Below are positions 1-6,479 of a stretch of DNA of 12,229 bases, one piece after another. Positions within the stretch are counted from its first letter, which is position 1, and each line of letters opens with the position of its first letter. The stretch covers positions 1 through 12,229 of the forward strand of contig CAZOYL010000045.1 of the NCBI GenBank assembly GCA_964584035.1, in the 5' to 3' direction. A program made the position numbers and the translations under genes. The notes under the pieces are model-generated. The model was not told the origin of the DNA and did no database searches. It was given only the letters and a program-made list of their open reading frames with translations. Source of the DNA: an uncultured Gemmatimonadota bacterium (GTDB lineage: Bacteria; SM23-81).

Positions 1-2
1 AC

Positions 3-1673
3 GCCCCCGATGATGAACACCCAGGATGGTATCCCATCGGGGACCCCACCGAGGCCGCCCTGGTGACCCTGTCCACCAAGCTGGGCACACGCAGTCCGAA
101 GGAGGACGAGGAGAACCCCGAGCTCCACGAGTTCCCCTTCGACTCGGAACGCAAGCGAATGAGCTCGGTGCGCCAGTTCGACGACCGCCAGCAGCTGGCC
201 ATGAAGGGAGCCAGCGACAGCGTGCTGGCCATCTCCAAGCACATCTATAAGAACGGCCGGATCGTCCCCATCACCGATGAGGACCGACAGAAGATCAAGG
301 CCCTGAACGAGAAATACTCCAAGCAGGCGCTCCGGGTTCTGGCCATCGCCTTCCGCTCCCTGGAGCCCAGCGGCGGCGATTATGTTTTAGACGAGGTCGA
401 GAAAGACGTCACCTTTTTAGGGCTGGTGGGCATGATGGACCCCCCGAAAGAGGGCGTTCGGGAGGCCATCGAGGCCTGTCATCAGGCTCAGATCCGGATT
501 ATCATCATGACCGGCGATCACGCCATCACCGCTCAGGCGGTGGGCCGCGAGATCGGGCTGTCGCTCTCGGGTGAGCCGCCGGTCTACACCGGCGAGCAGA
601 TCGAGGAGATGGATGACGCCCGGCTGACCGAGATTTTAACGGAGACTGACGCGGCCATCTTCTCCCGGGTCAACCCGGAGGAGAAGCTGCGCATCGTCAC
701 ATTGCTGGAGGAACATGGGGAGGTGGTGGCGGTGACCGGCGACGGCGTCAACGACGCCCCGGCTCTCAAGCGGGCCGCCATCGGGGTGGCCATGGGGCAG
801 GCCGGGACCGATGTGGCCAAAGAAGCCGCCGAGCTGGTCCTCCTGGACGACAGCTTCCCCACCCTGGTGGCCGCCATCCGGGAGGGCCGGACCATCTATG
901 ACAATCTCAAAAAGACGGTGCTGGCCTCCATGACCACCAATGCGGCCGAGCTGGCGGTGGTGCTATTGGGACTGGCAGCCGTGGCGCTGCGCAACTGGGC
1001 CATCCCGATCCTGGCCATTCAGATTTTAGCCATCGACCTCTTGGCCGAGATCATGCCGCTGACGTTCTTAACCTTCGACCCCCCTGGCGAAGGTATCATG
1101 AAGATGCCGCCCCGACGGCAGAGCAGCCATATCATGAACCTGACCAGCTCGGTCGAGGTGACCTTGCTGGGCCTGCTGATCGGCGTCCTGGCCTTCGCCA
1201 ACTTCGCCCTGTATATGTTCCGTGAGGGCGTCACCCTGACCACCGACATGGTCGGTCTGGCGCACTACGCCCGGGCCGCCACCCTAACCTACCTGACCAT
1301 CGCCTACTGCCAGTTCGTCAACATCCTCTCCCGGCGGGACGAGCGGACGACCCTGTTTCACCGCAATCTATTCTCGAACAGGATCCTTCTGATCTCCATC
1401 GTCGCCTCGATCGGCCTGATCTTCCTGGGCATCTGCGCACCGGCCATCAGCGGCTTTCTGTCCTTCGCCTGCCCGCAGGCCGGTGACTGGCTCTATATTC
1501 TGGGAGCGGCAGCCGTTTACCTGGTCGTCTTCGAGGTCATGAAGCTGGTCAAGAGGCGGCGGTATCGTCCTGTCCGGGTCGAGACGGCCGGCCCGGGTGG
1601 AGAAGAGCCGCAGCGCAGAGACCATCCAGCAGCAGAAAGGAAGAGTGAAAATCATGATAAACAGAACGAATAG
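3..1673 (+). CDS. Cation-transporting P-type ATPase, type II (5' end outside the window)
   Basis: The frame is open from base 3 (APDDEHPGWYPIGDPTEAALVT...). Motifs: GDPTEAAL, FPFDSERKRMS, KGA, LRVLAIA, MMDPPK, MTGDH, FSRVNPEEK and the hinge VAVTGDGVNDAPALKRAAIGVAMG, followed by C-terminal TM helices. Confidence 0.95.
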   Translation, partial: APDDEHPGWYPIGDPTEAALVTLSTKLGTRSPKEDEENPELHEFPFDSERKRMSSVRQFDDRQQLAMKGASDSVLAISKHIYKNGRIVPITDEDRQKIKALNEKYSKQALRVLAIAFRSLEPSGGDYVLDEVEKDVTFLGLVGMMDPPKEGVREAIEACHQAQIRIIIMTGDHAITAQAVGREIGLSLSGEPPVYTGEQIEEMDDARLTEILTETDAAIFSRVNPEEKLRIVTLLEEHGEVVAVTGDGVNDAPALKRAAIGVAMGQAGTDVAKEAAELVLLDDSFPTLVAAIREGRTIYDNLKKTVLASMTTNAAELAVVLLGLAAVALRNWAIPILAIQILAIDLLAEIMPLTFLTFDPPGEGIMKMPPRRQSSHIMNLTSSVEVTLLGLLIGVLAFANFALYMFREGVTLTTDMVGLAHYARAATLTYLTIAYCQFVNILSRRDERTTLFHRNLFSNRILLISIVASIGLIFLGICAPAISGFLSFACPQAGDWLYILGAAAVYLVVFEVMKLVKRRRYRPVRVETAGPGGEEPQRRDHPAAERKSENHDKQNE

Positions 1674-2286
1674 GATTCTCGCCGCCCTGTTGTGCCTGGG
1701 GATATTTCTTGGCATGATGGCGTGCGGAGGAGGACAGAAGGAGGAACCCGCTGAAAAGAACGAAAGCGCTGGGCGGGTTGGACAGGAAGAACAGATTGAA
1801 CAGGCTGCCCTGGTTGATCAGGATCGACCCGCCGATGATCTGCTGTCGGCCCAGGAGGCTTTCTCCCTGGCCCAGGAGGCCGCCGAAAAATGGTCCCCGG
1901 ACGCCGTTCTGGTCGAGATCAACACCTTTCCCCGGCCTCCGGAGTCGGACGGACGGGGAACCGGCTGGAAATTCGAGTTCAATTCGGCCAAACAGGGGGA
2001 GAAATACGAGGTCCATATCAGGCGGGGGCGGGTCTTTCAGACCATGACGGGAAAGCTGTCCAAGATGGACCCCATCTCCGGACGCTGGATCGACAGCCCG
2101 GAGGCCATGCAACGAGCCGCCGGATCCCTGGCGGGATGCACCGGAAAAGGATACTGGCTGGGGCTGAGCATGGCGGGGGACCGGCCGGTCTGGCGGATCA
2201 ACTGCTCCAAAGACGGCAAACAGCAGGCCTGGGTCAAGATGGACGCCGTCACCGGAGAGGAGATCGACCGCTGGACGGCCCGATAG
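1654..2286 (+). CDS. Putative lipoprotein with two PepSY-like repeats
   Basis: ATG at 1654 (alternative GTG at 1645), downstream of AGAAAGGAAG. Signal peptide and lipobox MINRTNRILAALLCLGIFLGMMA-C, then a charged linker. Two similar modules: LSAQEAFSLA...WKFEF and IDSPEAMQRA...PVWRI...MDAVTGE, resembling PepSY. Overlaps the ATPase 3' end by 20 nt. Confidence 0.7.
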   Translation: MINRTNRILAALLCLGIFLGMMACGGGQKEEPAEKNESAGRVGQEEQIEQAALVDQDRPADDLLSAQEAFSLAQEAAEKWSPDAVLVEINTFPRPPESDGRGTGWKFEFNSAKQGEKYEVHIRRGRVFQTMTGKLSKMDPISGRWIDSPEAMQRAAGSLAGCTGKGYWLGLSMAGDRPVWRINCSKDGKQQAWVKMDAVTGEEIDRWTAR

Positions 2287-2388
2287 AGAGTTCGCCAGCA
2301 AGAGCTTACCGGGAGAGGAAAGCGGTCATCTTCCGACCCGGGACCTCCTTCGGAACCTCCCGTTCACCAACTGTAAAAAGGTTACAGA

Positions 2389-3219
2389 ATGCCGCAGATC
2401 AAGCTCGGCAAAGCCCTCGGTCTGCTGGCCAGGGGAGCTCGAAATCTGGCCCAAAAAAAACCGCTGGCCGTCTCCTTTGAAATCACACACTCCTGCAATT
2501 GCAACTGTCAGCAGTGCGATAAAGGCGGCCGAATCGCCGGTGAGATCCTGGCCCCGCCGGAGCGGTTCGGCGAGCTGGCCGGGGAGTTGCGGCCTCTCAT
2601 CGCCCAGATCTCGGGAGGCGAACCGTTGCTGCGAGATGACATCGACGAGTTCCTCCGGGAGGTTAAAACTCAGGGCAAACCACCCCTGATGGTGCTGGTC
2701 ACCAACGCCAAATTGTTGACCGAACAGCTCTATCTTCATCTCAAAGAGATGGGCATCGATGAGTTCTCCATCTCTCTGGACTATCCCGACGAGCGCCACG
2801 ATACGAACAGGCGCTGCCCCGGCCTCTATCGGCACCTCGACGAACTCCTGCCTCGATTGGCCCGCCACGGTCACAAGGACATCACCCTGATCAGCGTCAT
2901 CAGAGAGCAGAACCTGGAGGATATTCCCGGAATCGTCGAGCACGCCCTGAGATGGAATGTCTCGGTGAATTTCAGCGCCTATACGATGCTGCGAACGCAG
3001 GATGCATCTCTTACGGTACGCCAGGAGCGGCTCGACCTGTTGAGAAAACAGCTCGATATCCTTTCCCACCCAGAAAGAGCTCATCGAGAACTTTACCCAA
3101 AGGAACACCTGCGGCGGCTGCTATGTGAGCATGCGTGCCAATGCCGAAAAATCGATCGGCACCCTGCTGAAAGATGCCTGGGTCTCTTTCCGGCAATTCC
3201 AGCGCAACTAGGCGCCTGA
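2389..3219 (+). CDS. Radical SAM protein, probably disrupted near 3060 (the true C-terminus appears to lie in the +1 frame, ending at TAG 3209-3211)
   Basis: CxxxCxxC (CNCNCQQC) after SFEITHS, plus ISGGEPLLR, VTN and SISLD motifs. The annotated tail after KQLDI does not look like the family. The +1 frame (3056-3211) reads ISFPTQKELIENFTQRNTCGGCYVSMRANAEKSIGTLLKDAWVSFRQFQRN*. Confidence 0.85.
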   Translation: MPQIKLGKALGLLARGARNLAQKKPLAVSFEITHSCNCNCQQCDKGGRIAGEILAPPERFGELAGELRPLIAQISGGEPLLRDDIDEFLREVKTQGKPPLMVLVTNAKLLTEQLYLHLKEMGIDEFSISLDYPDERHDTNRRCPGLYRHLDELLPRLARHGHKDITLISVIREQNLEDIPGIVEHALRWNVSVNFSAYTMLRTQDASLTVRQERLDLLRKQLDILSHPERAHRELYPKEHLRRLLCEHACQCRKIDRHPAERCLGLFPAIPAQLGA

Positions 3220-3265
3220 AGTCCTCATCCCGTCGGTCCGACTGACCCCGATTGGGCACCTGAAT

Positions 3266-4291
3266 ATGGCAGGCAATATCCAACGCAGGAAGGTGGTTCG
3301 CGGCATCCGGATCTTTCTCGTCCTCACGGTGCTGGGCATCACCTTTCTTTTCTACTCCCGGGGCAGCGCCGAGACATGGGCCGTGATCAGGGGCTTCCGG
3401 TTTCGATACGTGCCTCTGGCCGGTCTGCTCATCCTGGTCGATCTGTTCTCAGGGACTGCCCGGATCCACATCTTCACCCGCAGGATCATCCCCCGGGCGT
3501 TCTGGGTTTGCTTCAGAGCCAATCTGGCCAATATCTTCCTGGCCGCTGCGACGCCATTCCAGACCGGAGGCGGCATCGCCCAGCTCTATGTTCTGCATCG
3601 TCATGGCGTGCCTTACGCGGCCGGGGTGACGATCAGCGTGCTGAACTTCGTGGCCACGCTGTCTTTTCTCCTGCTGGCCACTCTCGTGGCCGTCAACGTC
3701 CTTCCCGACGTGTTGCCCCAGCATCACACTCTCCTGACCCTGATGGACATCAGCCGCTTTATTTTTTACCTCACCTTCATCCTGCTCGTGTTCTTCATGC
3801 TGAGCCCCAGGTTTTTCGGAAAGCTGATCGACAGATCGTTAACCCTCCTGGCCAAGCGGATTCCCGCCCGGGGGAGAACGTTCGCCGATTGGGCATCGAA
3901 GATCGGAGCTTTTCTGGCTCAATATCGTCACTTCCTGAGCACCTACTGGAAGGAAGCCAAGGGAACGCTGATCTGTAACTATGTGCTGACCATCGTTCTC
4001 TACTTCAACAAGTGTCTGATCGCCTATGTGATCCTGCTGGGACTGGGCATCACCGCGGATTTCTGGCAGGTCATCATGCTGCAGATGCTGATCATCTTTT
4101 TTCTTTATTTCGCTCCCACTCCGGGGGCCAGTTTTCTGGCCGAGGCCGGCATTTCAGCGCTGATGGTCTTGATCATCCCGGCCTATTCAATACCCGTTTT
4201 CACGGTTCTGTGGCGATTTTTCACCACCTACTTCGGGGTGCTCCTGGGAAGCCTGGTGCTGCTGAAGATGATCGCCGCCCCTTCCCGCTGA
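3266..4291 (+). CDS. Lysylphosphatidylglycerol synthase TM / flippase-like (UPF0104) membrane protein
   Basis: 341-aa polytopic protein with family-typical motifs ATPFQTGG, APTPGASFLAEAG and WRFFTTYF. Confidence 0.85.
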   Translation: MAGNIQRRKVVRGIRIFLVLTVLGITFLFYSRGSAETWAVIRGFRFRYVPLAGLLILVDLFSGTARIHIFTRRIIPRAFWVCFRANLANIFLAAATPFQTGGGIAQLYVLHRHGVPYAAGVTISVLNFVATLSFLLLATLVAVNVLPDVLPQHHTLLTLMDISRFIFYLTFILLVFFMLSPRFFGKLIDRSLTLLAKRIPARGRTFADWASKIGAFLAQYRHFLSTYWKEAKGTLICNYVLTIVLYFNKCLIAYVILLGLGITADFWQVIMLQMLIIFFLYFAPTPGASFLAEAGISALMVLIIPAYSIPVFTVLWRFFTTYFGVLLGSLVLLKMIAAPSR

Positions 4292-4357
4292 AGGCCTCAG
4301 TCCTCCCGTGACGCCAGCCATTATCTCCCTGCCGGCCGGGGCATCTGCCCGATGGTC

Positions 4358-4390
4358 AATAAAAAAAGGGCTCTCTTACGAGAGCCCTTT
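4358..4390 (-). terminator. Intrinsic terminator downstream of tRNA-fMet, possibly bidirectional
   Basis: Perfect 11-bp stem AAAGGGCTCTC (4365-4375), loop TTAC, GAGAGCCCTTT (4380-4390). The A7 run at 4361-4367 gives the U-tract on the minus strand. It lies between convergent genes. Confidence 0.85.
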
Positions 4391-4396
4391 CTCATT

Positions 4397-4473
<77 letters not shown>

Positions 4474-4501
4474 TCAAATTCCTGACATCTTCCAACTGTA
4501 T

Positions 4502-4530
4502 AATATATTATTCTATTTTTTCTAAGTCAA
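4502..4530 (-). promoter_or_regulatory. Sigma70-type promoter for tRNA-fMet
   Basis: Minus strand: TTGACT (4530-4525), 17-nt spacer, TATATT (4507-4502). It sits in an AT-rich patch about 30 nt upstream of the tRNA. Confidence 0.75.
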
Positions 4531-5825
4531 GACTTTTTTCCGTTCTGGGACTGCTCCTGCCCCGATTCCGCCAATTTCGCGATCTTCACCTTGGCGATCC
4601 TCTGACCCCGGACCTCCAGGACGGTGAACTCGACATTCTGGTGGGACCATTTTGTGCCCTTCTCAGGCACCTCGCCGGCCAGGTGATAGACGAATCCTCC
4701 CAGGGTGTCGAACTCCTCGTCGGGCAGCTCCAGGCCCAGCTCCTCATTGAGATCATGGAGGTTGATCTTGGCCAGCACCTCGGCGGTTCGCTCGTCCAGC
4801 ACCTTGATGAGATCCTCCTCGACGTCGTACTCGTCACGGATCTCCCCGACGATCTCCTCTAAGATATCCTCCAGGGTGACCAGGCCGGCGGTACCCCCGT
4901 ACTCATCGACCACAACGGCCATATGCATCCGCCGGGTCTGAAATTCCTTCAGCAGCTCGCTGACCAGTTTCATCTCGGGGACGAAAAAGACCTCCCGAAC
5001 CAGATCCAGGATGCGGAAGTTGCTCTGACCGTTCTTGAGCGGCTTCAACAGATCCTTGGCATAGAGCAGACCCACGATGTTGTCGATCTTCTCCTTGAAA
5101 ACCGGGATCCTGGAATGGCCGCTTTTAACGATGAGGTCGAGAGCCTGCTGGGGAGAGTGTTTCGAGTCCACGCAGGTCATGTCGATGCGCGGGATCATCA
5201 CCTCCTTGACCTGGGTCTCCCCCAGCTCAAAGATGCTGTGGATCATCTCGCGCTCCTCTTCCTCCAACAGTCCCTGCTCGTCTCCGGCCTCCATGGCGAC
5301 AGTCAGATCCTCGTCCCTGTCGGTGGCGAAGGTGAGCGCGGAATCGGCCGAGAGCTCGGCCGCCCGGCTCCCCGTAATCCTCTGAAGGAGCTTGACCAGC
5401 GGTGAAAAGATCCGTCCCAGGATCTCTATGAACCGGTTCATGCGGATGGAAACCTCGGCCCCCTGTCTCAGCATCAGCAGCTTGGGCAGCGTTTCCACCA
5501 GCACCAGGTAGACGATGCCCAGGACCACCATCTCGACGACCAGCCAGAGATAGAGTCTGTTCGGCACGAAGAACCGGGAGCCAATCACCGCAGCCAGCGA
5601 GATGGCCCCGATGTTGATGAACATCCTGGCCGATAGAATGGCCAGCGAATATTCTCCCCGCCGCTCCAGAACCTGGGCCAGACCGTTTCTCTTTCTTCTC
5701 TCCAGACCCTCCTCGAACCATTTTCTGGAAATGATCACCAGGGCCGCCTCGCAGCGTGACAGAAAGGCAGAGAGGGTGATGAGAAACAGAAAGACCAGCA
5801 GTTGGAGCACCAGCCCAACGGTCAT
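4527..5825 (-). CDS. Hemolysin-family / CNNM-CorC magnesium-cobalt efflux-type protein (DUF21 + CBS pair + CorC_HlyC)
   Basis: N-terminal TM region (LSAFLSRCEAAL..., VLVETLPK), EEEREMIHSIFELGETQVKEVMIPRIDM, GHSRIPV, VVDEYGGTAGLVTLEDILEEIVGEIRDEYD and FDTLGGFV. ATG 5825 (MTVGLVLQLL) is preferred over 5858 because it opens the first TM helix and forms an ATGA overlap with the last mini-ORF. Confidence 0.9.
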   Translation of the reverse strand: MTVGLVLQLLVFLFLITLSAFLSRCEAALVIISRKWFEEGLERRKRNGLAQVLERRGEYSLAILSARMFINIGAISLAAVIGSRFFVPNRLYLWLVVEMVVLGIVYLVLVETLPKLLMLRQGAEVSIRMNRFIEILGRIFSPLVKLLQRITGSRAAELSADSALTFATDRDEDLTVAMEAGDEQGLLEEEEREMIHSIFELGETQVKEVMIPRIDMTCVDSKHSPQQALDLIVKSGHSRIPVFKEKIDNIVGLLYAKDLLKPLKNGQSNFRILDLVREVFFVPEMKLVSELLKEFQTRRMHMAVVVDEYGGTAGLVTLEDILEEIVGEIRDEYDVEEDLIKVLDERTAEVLAKINLHDLNEELGLELPDEEFDTLGGFVYHLAGEVPEKGTKWSHQNVEFTVLEVRGQRIAKVKIAKLAESGQEQSQNGKKS

Positions 5826-5866
5826 CGGATGCCCCCCGGCAGCAGGATCAATAACCATACCATCAT
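5822..5866 (-). CDS. Putative 14-aa mini-ORF D (MMVWLLILLPGGIR)
   Basis: Most diverged unit. It is preceded by GGAGGG-CATTCG, and its TGA (5824-5822) overlaps ATG 5825 of the CNNM/CorC gene. Confidence 0.4.
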   Translation of the reverse strand: MMVWLLILLPGGIR

Positions 5867-5907
5867 CGAATGCCCTCCGGCCATGAGATCAAAAACCGCG
5901 CCATCAT
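5863..5907 (-). CDS. Putative 14-aa mini-ORF C (MMARFLISWPEGIR)
   Basis: Diverged unit, but the frame, length, SD and ATGA overlaps are retained. Confidence 0.4.
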   Translation of the reverse strand: MMARFLISWPEGIR

Positions 5908-5948
5908 CGGACGCCCTCCAGCCATTTTAACAAGAACTGTGCTATCAT
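5904..5948 (-). CDS. Putative 14-aa mini-ORF B (MIAQFLLKWLEGVR)
   Basis: Same SD and spacing as A. ATGA overlaps with A upstream and C downstream. Confidence 0.4.
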   Translation of the reverse strand: MIAQFLLKWLEGVR

Positions 5949-5989
5949 CGGACGCCCTCCAGCCATTTTAACAAGAACTGTGCTATCAT
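5945..5989 (-). CDS. Putative 14-aa mini-ORF A (MIAQFLLKWLEGVR)
   Basis: SD GGAGGG (6001-5996) lies 6 nt before ATG 5989. Its TGA overlaps the ATG of mini-ORF B (ATGA). Translation is not demonstrated. Confidence 0.4.
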   Translation of the reverse strand: MIAQFLLKWLEGVR

Positions 5990-6023
5990 CGGACGCCCTC
6001 CGGCCATTTTAACAAGAACTGTG

Positions 6024-6479
6024 CTACCCTTGGACGCCCTCCAGAAATCGATCTTCTCTGGCTCGCATCCGGCCGGCCTCATCCTCCCGTTCATGTTCGT
6101 AGCCGCATAGATGCAGCAGACCGTGGATAACCAGGCGGTCAACTTCACGAATAAAGGTCACCTTATACTCCCGGGCCTGCTGCTGCGCTCGATCCAGCGA
6201 GACGTAGATCTCTCCGACCACCTCATCCTCTGTCCCCGGGTGCTCATCGCCGCCCATTGAAAAGGCCATCACATCGGTGGGATGGTTCCGTCCCAGATAT
6301 TGGTCGTTCATCTTCCTGAGATGGGCATCGGTGGCCAGGATGATATTGACCCGCCCATGGCATCGGTTTTCCTTCCGGAGAACCAATGACGCTATGGACT
6401 GCAGCCGTTCGCCGTCCACCTCCAGAGAGGGATGGGCATTAGCCACGAAGATCTTTTCAGTACGCTGTTTCCGGTCCAT
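6024..6479 (-). CDS. ybeY: rRNA maturation endoribonuclease YbeY
   Basis: MNDQYLGRNHPTDVMAF, GEIYVSLDRAQQQA and the metal-binding HGLLHLCGYEH. The start is uncertain (ATG 6479, 6494, 6503 or TTG 6509). Confidence 0.93.
   Translation of the reverse strand: MDRKQRTEKIFVANAHPSLEVDGERLQSIASLVLRKENRCHGRVNIILATDAHLRKMNDQYLGRNHPTDVMAFSMGGDEHPGTEDEVVGEIYVSLDRAQQQAREYKVTFIREVDRLVIHGLLHLCGYEHEREDEAGRMRAREDRFLEGVQG

Larger units (their letters stand above)
5821..6044. repeat. 41-bp tandem array: five full units plus a partial sixth inside the ybeY 3' end
   Basis: Unit ATCATCGGACGCCCTCCAGCCATTTTAACAAGAACTGTGCT. Copies at 5903-5943 and 5944-5984 are identical; 5985-6025 has 1 mismatch. Diverged in-register copies at 5862-5902 (30/41) and 5821-5861 (25/41). 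Partial copy at 6026-6044 (16/19). No indels. Identities were counted by hand. Confidence 0.95.

Noticed and set aside
2453..2460. A8 run as a phase-variation switch
   Set aside because: The run is short, in frame (QKK), and there is no other support.
3044..3070. Programmed +1 frameshift in the radical SAM gene (CTT-TCC-C)
   Set aside because: No in-frame stop or evident pause signal follows the site, and a simple shift would not restore the missing auxiliary-cluster segment. Deletion or an assembly artefact fits better.
1549..3108. Long antisense or alternative-frame ORFs (1549..2301, 1890..2480, 2326..3108, and similar ones such as 3376..3978, 7447..8100, 9269..9967)
   Set aside because: They overlap well-supported genes, lack recognisable motifs, and are expected in GC-rich DNA.
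5821..6044. CRISPR array
   Set aside because: The three best units are contiguous and essentially identical over all 41 bp, so there are no unique spacers. There are no cas genes in the window.
5945..6148. 67-aa ORF from the ORF track
   Set aside because: It is mostly an alternative frame of ybeY. Only the last 14 codons have an SD and are retained as mini-ORF A.
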